The notes under the pieces are model-generated. The model was not told where the DNA came from. It saw only the letters and a program-made list of their open reading frames with translations, and made no database searches. A DNA stretch of 63,936 nt, taken from positions 187,457 to 251,392 of the forward strand of contig NW_005201298.1 of assembly GCF_000372725.1 (NCBI RefSeq), read 5' to 3'. Both the position numbers and the translations under genes were made by a program. Of this stretch, positions 12,601 through 23,670 are shown one piece after another (within the stretch, counting starts at the first letter, position 1; each line of letters opens with the position of its first letter). The DNA is from Emiliania huxleyi CCMP1516. Its lineage: Eukaryota.

Positions 12601-15600
12601 GCTCCCGAAAAAGAAATACGTGCGGGTGTCGGAGAGCATCTTCTTCGGGTGCCTATGCAAAAAAGAAATGCCGCTCCGGAAAAAGAAATACGGGCGGGTG
12701 TCGGAACGCATCTTCTTCGGGTGCCTATGCAAAAAAGAAATGCCGCTCCCGAAAAAGAAATACGGGCGGGTGTCGGAGAGCCTCTTCTTCGGGTGCCTAT
12801 GCAAAAAAGAAATGCCGCTCCGGAAAAAGAAATACGGCCGCGTGTCGGAGCGCATCTTCTTCGGGTGCCAGCCCAGCTTGTCGGGCTGGTCGACGCGCAA
12901 GCCCTCCCGCGCCTTGACGTCGCAGAGCTTGCGCAGGAACTCGACCAGCATCGCCGCGAGCTTGGAGGCGCGGGACGGGTGGGAGGCAAAGGCGGAGCAG
13001 ACGCCCGCCTCGTCGGTGAGGAAGAGGAGGGCCGCCAGCGACGAGTGGGCGAGCTGGAGGAAGCCCTTGGCGGTGCGGCGGCACTGCTCGAGGCGAGCCT
13101 CGCGCGCCTGCCTCTCCTTCCCGCTCAGCGCCGCCCACGCCGCCTCCTTCTCCTTGTCGGCGGCAGAGGCCGGCGGCGGGGCCGGCAGCGACGCCGCCTT
13201 GTCCCCGCGACGCACCGAGGCTGGCATCTCCTCCTGCCTCGTGTGCACGTCCGCCAGCCGGCCGAGCGCATCCGCCAGCAGAAAGACCGCCTCCTTGACC
13301 AGCGTCTCTGCAAACTCTCCAAACGCCGCGCCGCCGTCGCCGCCACCGCCCGGCTCGAGCGAGGCGGCCGCGGCGGCCTGCAGCGCCCTCCACGGCTGCG
13401 GCTGCTGCCACAGCGCGCGCAGCACGCTCATGATGCGGAAGCGGTCGCCGTTCTTGTCGGAGACGGCCGCCGCGTTTGTGTGCAGCCCGAGCTCGACGTA
13501 GAGGGAGAGCAGGGGCAGCTGCACCTCCGACGCCGCCTCGGCGTCGATCAGCCTGACAAGCGGCCCCGCCACGCCGCGCAGCCGCGAGCCGGCCAGCCGC
13601 GCCGCGTGCTCGTCCATCTGCACGAGCGTCTCGAGCAGCTCGGCGGCGGTGAAGCGGACGAAGGGCGAGGAGGCGAGGGCCTGGAGTTGCGGAGAGCTCG
13701 CCGCGTCAAGACGGGACAGCCAAGGGCGGGCGGTGTGGGCGCGTCCGATTTCTTGTTTCCTGCCGGCCGACCCAGCGGCACGCGCAGCGCGAGACGAGGG
13801 GCGCCGCAACCTCCGAAGCAACGAGAGCCTGGGGGTCCTTGCGCGCGAACAGCACGAGGAGCGCAAACACGTCGGTCAGCGTCGAGGCGGGCAGGGCGGC
13901 GCACGCGTCGGCCGCCGCCGCGCTGTCGGCGCAGAGATGCTCGAGCCACGCGCCTTTTCACAGCAGTGGGTGTGAAGAGACGCTGCTCACACCTCTCGCC
14001 AGAGATGCTCGAGCCCCGCGCCTTTTCACAGCAGTGGGTGTGAAGAGACGCTGCTCACACCTCTCGCCAGAGATGCTCGAGCCCCGCGCCGGCGAGGCCG
14101 CAGAAGCGGAGGAGGAGGGGCTGCAGCCGCGGGCCGTCGAGCAGCAGCCGGTACGCCAGCACCGCCGCCTGCGCCTTGCCCTGCCCAGCCTCCTTGATCG
14201 CGTGCAAGTGTGCGTCGAAGGCCGCCGCACCGCCCTCGGGAGGGGGGGCGCGCACCTTGCGAGATATGGCGGAGATGTGGGGGAGATATGGGAGATAGCC
14301 CTCGGGCGGAGGAGCGCGCACCTTGCGAGATATGGCGGAGATGTGGGGGGAGATATGGGAGATAGCCCTGGGGAGGAGGAGCGCGCACCTTGCGAGATAT
14401 GGCGGAGATGTGGGGGGAGATATGGGAGATAGCCCTGGGGAGGAGGAGCGCGCACCTTGCGAGATATGGCGGAGATGTGGGGGAGATATGGGAGATAGCC
14501 CTCGGGCGGAGGAGCGCGCACCTTGCGAGATATGGCGGAGATGTGGGGGGAGATATGGGAGATAGCCCTGGGGAGGAGGAGCGCGCACCTTGCGAGATAT
14601 GGCGGAGATGTGGGGGGAGATATGGGAGATAGCCCTGGGGCGGAGGAGCGCGCACCTTGCGCTGCAGCTCGAGGAGGATCCGCTCGCAGCGGCGCATGGC
14701 GGGGAGGCGGCCTATGAGAAAAGAAGAGCCGCTGGAGGAAAAGAAATACGGCCGGCTCCTCGCATGGCGGGGAGGACGCCTATGAGAAAAGAAGTACCGC
14801 TGGAAGAAAAGAAATACGGCCGGCTCCTCGCATGGCGGGGAGGACGCCTATGAGAAAAGAAGTACCGCTGCAAGAAAAGAAATACGGCCGGCTCCTCGCA
14901 TGGCGGGGAGGACGCCTATGAGAAAAGAAGTGCAGCTGGAAGAAAAGAAATACGGCCGGCTCCTCGCATGGCGGGGAGGACGCCGACGTGCAGCGCGCGC
15001 AGGCAGAGGAAGAAGCACTCCGTTACAAAGTGCAGCTCCGCCTAATAAACGAATGAACGAATTCACGACTCAGCTAATTCACTCCGTCACAAAGTGCAGC
15101 TCCGCCTCGGCGTCGCCGCCGCCCGCCGCGACCCCCTCCGCCGACCCACCAGCAGCGCCAGCCGGCGGTGGGGTGTTCGGGGGGGGAGCGGGCTCGGCGG
15201 CGGCGTCGCTGCTCGAGAGGAGGGAGAGCTTGATCGCCTGCGCGGAATGAAGGACTTGAATTGACGCATCCACTAGTTGATGCGTCAGAGGGAGAGCTTG
15301 ATCGGCCTGCGCCAGCTCGTCCGCCTCCTCGTTGGACTCCTCGAACCCTCCCGACCCACCCGCACCCGCTCCGCCGCCGCCAGAAGGGTCGCCGCCAGCT
15401 TCGGTGAGCCTGAGGCGCTCCTCGGCTTGCGGCCGGCGGCGGCGCGCCGACCACGCCGCCTCGCGCCGCCGCTCTCGCTCGTGCCACCTCGAGATATGGG
15501 GAGATATGGGGAGATATGGGGAGATATGGGGAGATATGGGGAGATATGGGCCGCTCTCGGTCGTGCCATCTCCAATCGAGCTCTTCATACTTGGTTCATT

Positions 15601-16631
15601 CGTTCGTCCGTTCACTCGTTCATTAAGACGCGCCACCTCCAATCGAGCCGCGCGAAGCCGTCATGCCCCTTGCCGTCGCGGAGAGCCGTCGGGGTGAGGA
15701 AGGGGCCGCACAGCTGCAGCAGCACCGCCGCCGCGCTAAGCAGCGCCCCGTCCGACGAGCAGCTCTGCCGCGCCTAATCAACTCATCAGCGGATATGAAC
15801 GAGTTGACCCATTCACCCGCCCGACGCGCCGCTCTGCCGCGCCCGCATCGCCTCTTGAGGGCTCTGCTGCTTCCCCCCGTCTGCGTTCGCGCCGTTGGCC
15901 GCGAGCACAGCGCCCAGCCAGCGCAGCGCGGCCGCCTTGGCTGCCGGGTCCTTGAAGAGCGCCGCCGTGAGGATGACCCGCTGCCTGCATGGACATGTCT
16001 AACAGACCAGTCACGGACCCTTGTGTAGAGGGGAGTAGGCGCCACGAGGTGGTCTGCTGCCGGCTCTGCAGCTGCCACACCTCCTCCCACCCGCCCTCGA
16101 GCACGGCGCGGTCCTAATTAAACGAATTCACTGATTCGCTGAGCACTGATCAACTAATTCACCCCGCCCGCCCTCGGGCACGGCGCGCTCCTCGTGATGC
16201 CACCCTCCCCCGCCAGGGGCAGGCGCCGCCATCCCGTACCTTGACCAAGGAATCCGTCCACCGTTAGTACGCTGAGTGGCGAATTCGTTTCTCCGGCGCT
16301 GCCATCCCGCGCACCTTACTCAATCAGTTCAGAACCAGTCAGCCATCACCAGCCTGACCCCGGGGCCGGGCAGGCGCCAACCCCGCGCACCCCGTCAGCC
16401 CAGCCGGCGAGGGGCTGAGCAGGCGCAGCACTCCGAGCCCCTCTGCCTCCCGGCCAGTCCACTCGCCAGAGCGGAGCCTGCCGCTCTCCTAGAGGCCAGG
16501 TCAGGCTCCCGTCTCCACACACACACACGAGGTGGTGGGGCAAGGGCCAGGCTGCTCCCTCGCGACTCCACGTCTGACGACAGGAGCCGGCACGGCATTC
16601 GAAGTGCAAGGCCCGGTGCGCGTGGGTGAGC

Positions 16632-16715
<84 letters not shown>

Positions 16716-17961
16716 AGTGCGTGTGTGTGTGTGTGAATTGTGTGTGCCGCGTGCTGTGTGTGTGTGTGTGCTGTGTGAGTCTGTCCGCTCTCCTCGTCAA
16801 GCCGCCGCACGAGCACCGCGCGGGCGGCAACGCCGTGCGGAAGCGGCTTGAGCGGCCCGCCACCCGCCGCCGCGCCGAGGCCGAGAAGCAGCTCCGCCTC
16901 TGCCAGCACCGCCCGCCACCCGCCGCCGCCGCCGCCCGAGGAGGAGGAGGAGGAAGGGGAGAAAGAGACGTCGACCACAGCGCCGCCCGAGTACGGGTCG
17001 AGCCGGCGCAGCAACGACTCGAGTGCCGGGCCGTATACGCTCTCCTGCTCCGCCAGCGAGAGCGACGTGGCGACGGCGGTCACAAACGGCGCCGCCGCCG
17101 CCGAAGCCTTGAGCAAGCCGACGAGGTCGCTCTCTCCAGAGTCGCCGTAGAGGGAGAGCCCGTCCTCCTCAGCGGCCCCCGAGAGGAGGGCCTGCCTCGC
17201 GTGGTGCAGCGCGACCTCGCACCCGAACGCCGCCGCCGCCGCCGCGCTCGCCTGCTGCAGCTGCGGCTGCTGACGCTCCCAGCAGTGTATTATATTATAT
17301 TATATTATATTATATTATATTATATTATATTCGCCTGCTGCAGCTGCGGCTGCTGACGCTCCCAGCAGTGCTGCAGGTAGCGCAGGCCGCGCTCGTCCCC
17401 GTGCGCGTACGACTGGGTTCGGTCCCGCACCTGAGGCAGGGGGAGATGGGGGGAGATAGGACGGAGATACGGCACCTGAGGGGCGAAGGAAGGCCGCGGA
17501 CGTGTGCGTCGCGGACGTGCCACCCGGCCGGGCCGCACCCTCCTCCCGCTCACTGCCCCCCCCCCCCCACTACCCCTCGCGCTCACCGCCCGGTGCAGCG
17601 CGTCGGCGCCGTCTGCCGGCGCGGCCGACAGAGCAAAGCCGGCCTGGAGGGCGGCGAGCCCCGCGGCGTCGAGGCCGAGCCGCGGCGCGGGACGCGCCTC
17701 GAGTTTCGGGCGCTTGGCGGTCGGCCGCGCCATCGTCGGAGGGGGCGCCATCGCCATCGCCATGTCTTCGTCCTCGTCCATGTCGGTCGACGCGCCGTCC
17801 GTCTCGCCGTCCGTCCCGCCGCCCTCCTCCATCATGTAAAAGTACTCGGAGGCGGCCGCCTCAATGTTGCCACCCGCATTCTGGAGCAGCGTCCCGGCCT
17901 GGCCGGCGTCAATCCCGAGCATGCCCACGAGCGTAGCCACAGAGGCCGCATACTCGTCCAT
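9646..17961 (-). CDS. Multi-exon ubiquitin-system protein: N-terminal UBA-like domain, Ufd2/UBE4 core-like region, C-terminal BIRC6-type UBC (E2) domain
   Basis: UBA-like: [33 protein letters not shown]. Ufd2-core-like: [30 protein letters not shown] and [35 protein letters not shown]6-like E2 with catalytic Cys: [69 protein letters not shown]. Confidence 0.8.
11978..12869 (-). repeat. 72-bp tandem array (12 units plus a partial), intronic
   Basis: Units start at 11978 + 72n up to 12842. On the minus strand each unit reads GCACCCGAAGAAG...TTTTTTGCATAG. Confidence 0.95.
14256..14655 (-). repeat. 66-67-bp tandem array (6 units), intronic
   Basis: Minus-strand unit GTGCGCGCTCCTCC...ATATCTCGCAAG. 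Confidence 0.9.
14712..14985 (-). repeat. About 68-bp tandem array (4 units), intronic
   Basis: Minus-strand unit GCGTCCTCCCCGCCATGCG...TTTTCTCATAG. Confidence 0.9.
16633..16775. repeat. (GT)n microsatellite
   Basis: Directly visible. Confidence 0.95.
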
Positions 17962-18268
17962 CACTGCGGTCGGGCTGCGGGACGTGGAGCGCTGAGGAGT
18001 GGCGCTGTACACGGCGTGCGGAAAAGAATGTTGCCCTGGCACACCACGGGAGCCGCCTAAGCGACTCCTGCGAGGGCGGCGAGGCACTTAGCTGTCAGTG
18101 TCGTGCGAAAAAGAATCATGGTTACTGGCGAACATCCTCGGGTTCACCTGACTGTCTCCATGGAACTCCCACAAGGCTCTCCTGCAGAGCGCCAGACAGC
18201 CTAGCGTACAGGGTGCTGTTTTCCGTCAATATAAAAAGAAAAACATTCTGCACCTGTCAACGCGGAGC

Positions 18269-18838
18269 ATGCAGATGGTTGGCGAGGGCGAGGTCACGGT
18301 GGTGCTTCTCCTCCTCGCGGCGGCGGCGCTGCCGGCACTCTTGTACGTGCGGCGTCGGCAGGAGCAGCAGTTTGAGGCCAAGCTGCAGTCGATGAGAAGC
18401 AAGCAAGCCGAGGCGAAGCTGCAGGCGGTGGAGGAGAAGGTCGCCGCGGTGGAGGCGTCTGCAGCTTCGCCGCCGCCGGCACCGTCAGCGAGGGCGCGCC
18501 GCGGGCGGGCCGCCGAGGCGCGGCCGCCGCTGCTCAAGGGCGCAAAGTGCTGGTACGAGGCGGACCGGTCCAGCGACCCGGTGCTGGTGGAGATCATGCA
18601 GGTCCACGCGGACGTGGACGGGGCCTTCTACACGATCAAGCTGCCCAGCGGCGGCGAGAAGCAGACGACGCGCGGAAAGCTCGATTCGCTCGAGGAGCGC
18701 GCTGAGGCCGCGGCGGCGGCGCTGCTCGCCGAGGAGGCGAAGGAGAGCAAGAAGGGCGGGCGCGGCAAGGGCGGGTCGGGCCGCGAGAAGCCGAAGCCCG
18801 CCCGCAAGCAGAACAGCGGGCGCGAAAAGCGCAAGTGA
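18269..18838 (+). CDS. Hypothetical protein: N-terminal transmembrane helix, coiled coil, small beta domain, basic tail
   Basis: Intact 189-aa ORF with coding-like GC3 bias and a hydrophobic N-terminus (VVLLLLAAAALPALLY). Confidence 0.65.
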   Translation: MQMVGEGEVTVVLLLLAAAALPALLYVRRRQEQQFEAKLQSMRSKQAEAKLQAVEEKVAAVEASAASPPPAPSARARRGRAAEARPPLLKGAKCWYEADRSSDPVLVEIMQVHADVDGAFYTIKLPSGGEKQTTRGKLDSLEERAEAAAAALLAEEAKESKKGGRGKGGSGREKPKPARKQNSGREKRK

Positions 18839-19227
18839 GGCCGGCGGTGTGCACACCGTTTGCGCTCTAGTCTACTGTCATAGGGAGTCGTGCGATCCGC
18901 GCGCGCGTGTACGTGTGCCCGTTTTGCCGCACGTACGTCAAAAAGGATGCGACATTGACACAGTGTCGAAATGAGACCACGGTAAGATCGCGCCACTTGC
19001 CTGTGTGGCTCTCTCCTCCGCGCTGACGTGTGACGACGACTGCGTTGTGCGACTCGGAGGCGACTCGCTCGCGTCTCGCGCGCGGGAGAGGTGTGTACAT
19101 GCGTGCTCTCTCGACGGGGCCGCCGCAGTCGCACGAGCGCGCTCGCGCCCCGCTCATTTCGTAGTGCGCCGGTGCAATCTTCGCTGGCTCCGTCCCACAT
19201 CGCTGGTCCCTCGTCGACAGCACGCAA

Positions 19228-19470
19228 CTACATGGCCGGATCTGGACTCGCGGGGAAGAAGTAGTGCTGGCAGGCTTCGTAGAGTTCCGCTCCGCGTCCG
19301 CTCCGCTGCATGTACTTCAGAACCATCACGGAAACAACGATGAGGATAGTAGGCATCCAGCTCTCCACTCGGACATCCGCGTTGCCCTTTCCACTATCCG
19401 CAGGCGGCGCGATGGCTGTGTCGGCGTCGGCTGTGTCGGCGGCAGTACGCTTCGTCGTCTTCTTTGCCAT
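19228..19470 (-). CDS. Small hypothetical membrane protein
   Basis: 80-aa ORF with one hydrophobic segment (ILIVVSVMVL). Confidence 0.35.
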   Translation of the reverse strand: MAKKTTKRTAADTADADTAIAPPADSGKGNADVRVESWMPTILIVVSVMVLKYMQRSGRGAELYEACQHYFFPASPDPAM

Positions 19471-19612
19471 TGCCTGCAGTATGATACCAGGAGATGAGAG
19501 GGTGCGCGCAGTGGCGCTCGAGGACGCCCTACGCCGATGCTTGGCAGCGCGTAGTGTCGAAACTCCGAGACTCCGACGTCCAATGTCAAATTCACTCTTT
19601 GTTTAGAGAGCG

Positions 19613-20542
19613 ATGGCGCGGAACTTGTGGCTGCCAATAACAGGCGGGTCGGTGGAGGAGATCATCTCGGCGCACGCTGACCCGCTCGCTCTCCTGGAGA
19701 GTGGTGCGGTGCCTGCTCTCGTCGTGCGCCGTGCGCTAGCAGCACCTGCGCTGACGACAGTCTTGTCGCGGCTGCAAGGGCAGCCGTGGCAGAGGAGGAC
19801 AGCCTCCTATAAGACGTTGGGCGTCGATTTGGGTGCCTATTTGGGCCGCTACCCGCACCCTCTAGATTTGCTGCGGGCCGAAGTCCACTCCACTTGCACC
19901 AAAACGACCGACCTTCAGAGGCATCACGCCAACGCCACTGCCGCCTTTGATCTCGCGGCGAAGAGAGCAGGCCTGTACGCCCCGGTGGAGGCGCTGCACC
20001 GCACTCTGCGTGCGCTCTTTGCCGCGAGGTCTGCGGCTGCTGAGGCCGACTTCCTCCCGGCTCCGGGCGTCTTTCGCATGCACCGCCCGGGCAACCGCTT
20101 CGCGCCGCACGCAGACACCATCCACGCTGCAGAGTGGAGCAGTGCGTGCGGAGGAAAGCGGCCGAGGCGAGGCGTGGCGCCAAACTTCCGCCCTCTCCGC
20201 CGCCTTCGGCACCAGCTCTCTGCCCTCGTGTCGCTGCAGCAGCCCAGATCCGGGGGAGAGCTGCGGCTCTTTAGCACCAACTGGGAGGCCCTCATGTCAA
20301 CTTGCAACCAGCGCGGCGTGGCCTACGACGTGGGAATCGCCTTCCCTCACTGGCCGCGCGCGGCAGCCATGCTGCACCCGCGCGAGTACAACCTCACCGT
20401 CACGCCGGGCGACGTCTTCATCTTCAACAGCAATCGCGTGCACGAGGTGCTGCCGGTGGTGGGTCAGCAGCCGCGCCTCGTGCTCGGGTCCTTTGTGGGG
20501 TACTCGCACTCGCCGCGTGAGGAGATGAGGATGTGGTCTTGA
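19613..20542 (+). CDS. 2-oxoglutarate/Fe(II)-dependent oxygenase superfamily protein
   Basis: HxD (PHAD), GGELRL, PGDVFIFNSNRVHEV (distal His) and a downstream Arg (PRLV). Intronless, 309 aa. Confidence 0.75.
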   Translation: MARNLWLPITGGSVEEIISAHADPLALLESGAVPALVVRRALAAPALTTVLSRLQGQPWQRRTASYKTLGVDLGAYLGRYPHPLDLLRAEVHSTCTKTTDLQRHHANATAAFDLAAKRAGLYAPVEALHRTLRALFAARSAAAEADFLPAPGVFRMHRPGNRFAPHADTIHAAEWSSACGGKRPRRGVAPNFRPLRRLRHQLSALVSLQQPRSGGELRLFSTNWEALMSTCNQRGVAYDVGIAFPHWPRAAAMLHPREYNLTVTPGDVFIFNSNRVHEVLPVVGQQPRLVLGSFVGYSHSPREEMRMWS

Positions 20543-22629
20543 GGACCTCGTGCTCGGGTCCTTTGTGGGGTACTCGCACTCGCCGCGTGAGGAGATGAGG
20601 ATGTGTCTTGAGGACCGAGAGGGAGGAGCCATCGAGAGAGGTCGGTGACGATGCTGCCGGTGTCGGCATTCCCAGCGGATGGAGACCGTGGCTGTTGCGC
20701 TGGTCAAAGCGAAGGCCGCCTCCTCGAGGACTGTTGGGGACGCCGATCATCTCTCCAGCTCCGAACTCGAGAATTGTGCGCATGTCGGATGGAGCCCTTG
20801 CCGCCGCTTTCTCCACCCTTCCCTGCCTGCCCCTTTCCATATCTCGACGACCTCCACCTCCCCAACGCCGGTGGGCAGGCATCAACATCAAGTTCGGCAG
20901 CTCGACCTTGAAGCTTGATCGCTTCTGATGCTGATGGCAACGGCAAGCCTCTCCTCTCTGAGGAGCTAAAGAAGCACCTGAAGGACGAGCTCACCAGATT
21001 GATAGACAGACCAATGGTAGCCGAGCCGTGTACCGCTGGGCTCGTCGAGCGCCTACTGAGGGTCGCGCGTTTGCGCCCCGCGGACCGGCGCCGGCGGCCG
21101 CCGCGTGCCCGCGGTGCCCCGTGATCGGTGTGTGGCAGCGGCGCGGCGCTGCGTGTGTGACCATCGTCAGCGGCGCCGCCAGCCGTCATGTGCACTACCG
21201 GCACGATGTGCCTTGTGCGATGCGGCGCATGATTGCTCTGTAGGCATCCTCGCGCTTTCGCTTCCGGCGCATCGCCTTCGTCTCCTTGCTGCGCAGCTGG
21301 GTGTAGTTCGGGCCCGCCTCCGCCACGCTGTCCAGCAGCTGGGCGGCGCTCGCCATCTCGACCGCGTCGTCCTCCGGCGGAAGCTCCGCGTTGCCCGCGG
21401 CCGCCTCCCGAGCGCGCTCGTCGCGCATCCGCTCGTGGTGGGCCTGCCGACGCGCCACGCCGGCGCCCGCGTGCCTCGCCGCCGCGTCCGGCGACGGCAT
21501 CGATGCTGTCCGCCCGAGCGTGACTCGCCACTCCACGACCTCCACGACCCTCCACGACCCTCCACGACCCACTCGCTCTGCCCCAAACCTAAATCGTCTC
21601 ACTAGTTACATACATACTTTAGCGACACACAGCCATGTGGGACGCGCGTCGTCCGTCGAGTACCTCTAGCCTAAAGTAGCCTATATAGAGCCTAGACGCT
21701 AGAGCCGTACTACCCAGCCTTCGCATGCGATCGTGCATGCACATGCACATGTCCATGTATGTGCATGCACATGTGCATGCAGAGTGCTGCAGTCTTTTTT
21801 TACGCGTGTGGCGCGTGAGCAGAGACCAGAGTGGTGTTGTGTGAGACGCGTGTGTGAGAGGCGGGCGGTTGACGTTGAGTGCTGCGCGTGCGTGTTCTGC
21901 GTCTACAGAAACACCAATGCATATTCTCCGCTCCGACCACACACCCTCGCCGACGACTACAACCTCGCAAAAGAGTCACATAGCGGTGTGACATCTGGCT
22001 GAAGCCACGCCACGGCTTTGGCGTTTGGGAACCACTCCTTCTCTCCCGTGTACGCAAACTGGATTAGAACGTGGCCCGTTTGCTGCTCCGCCACCGCGCC
22101 AGCGTAGCAGAAGGATGGGTCGCCACCCGCTTCGACGCTCACCCACTCTGTCTCCGGCACGGAGACCAGCCGCCCGACCAAGCTAGCATGCTGCATCGGC
22201 GCAGTGCGGCGCGACGCGCTCGCAACAACGAACGTCTGGCCCGGCTGTACGCCAACTGGGACCACCGTGGTGAACATCTGCTCGCCCGATGTGGACGGGA
22301 AGGTCGCGGACTGGCCGGGACTCATGCCCGCAGGTGGAGTGCGTGGTGTTAGGGTAGCGAGGTTGGTTGGGCGCGGCGAGAGTCAAAGCGAGGCAAAAAG
22401 AATTTTCTTTCGAAATTTCAGATGGCAAGAGATTTTTTCTTTTTTTGTTTCTCTCTACGACGGGCACGGGACCGGCCCTGCCGCACCGCGCCAGGATGGG
22501 TCGCCTGACAAGGCACTGTGGCACGCCGGTCAGTGCTGGTTCGTTGGAGCAGCTGCGCTGCCTCGCGAGCTTCCAGATATTCTATCGATATGAAGGGCGC
22601 ACAAAGGCGCTCGACGTCGCTCCATCCGA

Positions 22630-23670
22630 GGACTCTGTCAGGACTCTGTCAGGACTCCGTCAGGACTCTGTCAGGACTCCGTCAGGACTCCGCCAGGACA
22701 ACCACTGTCCCCGCTGTGAATAGAGCCCTTAGCTAGAGAGTAGGGAGGGGTGTACAGTCGAGTTACTCCCGAGGGCAGGGACGGCCCTCCACTGAGGGAA
22801 AGGGCGCACGGGGACGGTATCGACCCAGCCACGCAGCTCTTTCCTCGCGTACAGCCAACGAGTTTGCTGGTCCACAGGCAGGCCAGGCCGTGAGCGTGGG
22901 CCGGTCAGGCCTGATCCTGCGGTGAGCACTGGAGGGCTATGCGGCTCGCTCCGTCAGCCGACTTGCGCTGTCGAGCGGTCGAGCGCTTCGGGTTGGACCC
23001 GCGGGAGGGTCCCTGCGCGGCTGACATGGCCAGCCAAGCCGTGTGCGCTGCCGTGGGTGCTGCCGTGGGTGCTGCTGTGGGCGCTGCCGTGGGCGCTGCC
23101 GTGGGCGCTGCCTCGGTCAGCAGTCGGTCAGCCGCCGTCCGCTGCTCGGCGCTGGCCTGCAGGTTGCCGGTGGCAAATCGGGGGCGCGCGGGCCATGGAC
23201 GTCGTGGCCGAGCTTTGCTGCCTATGCACGTTGCCGGCTGTAACGTTGCCTGCACCATGGCCGCGCCTCTCTTGCTTGTGCGCTTTCATGGTCGGCCGAG
23301 TGGCGCGAGACCCAGCGTGATTTCTTTTGTCTGTCAGGACTCTAAGTTCTGTCAGGACTCTCAAGTTTCTGTCAGGACTCTCAAGTTTGCTTGTCAGGAC
23401 TCTCAAGTTTGCGTCAGGACTGCCCCATCAGGACGATTCCGCAGAGGGCGCGCACGGTCGAAAGGGGGGCTGGGCGTCTATCATTCACTGCTGGGGGGGA
23501 GGGGAAGGAGGGTTGCAGTGAAGGAAGGTGGAAGTCTCTTCGGAGGCACTTGTGAGCACTGTGAAGACCGTGCGCCGTCAGGACCCCGCCAGGACTCTGT
23601 CAGGACTCTGTCAGGACTCTGTCAGGACTATGTCAGGACTCTGTCAGGACTCTGTCAGGACTGTCAGGAC
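22630..23670. repeat. Three clusters of an 11-mer (CTCTGTCAGGA)n at 22630-22698, 23330-23420 and 23578-23670
   Basis: Directly visible. Probably subterminal repeats of a transposon (inference). Confidence 0.8.

Noticed and set aside
11978..12869. CRISPR-like appearance of this array, and of those at 46612-47062 and 48140-48627
   Set aside because: The intervening segments are near-identical rather than unique spacers, there are no cas genes, and the context is eukaryotic introns.
11176..14043. 955-aa plus-strand ORF and the overlapping 548-aa ORF
   Set aside because: Antisense shadows of the minus-strand gene in GC-rich DNA, extended by a stop-free 72-bp repeat.
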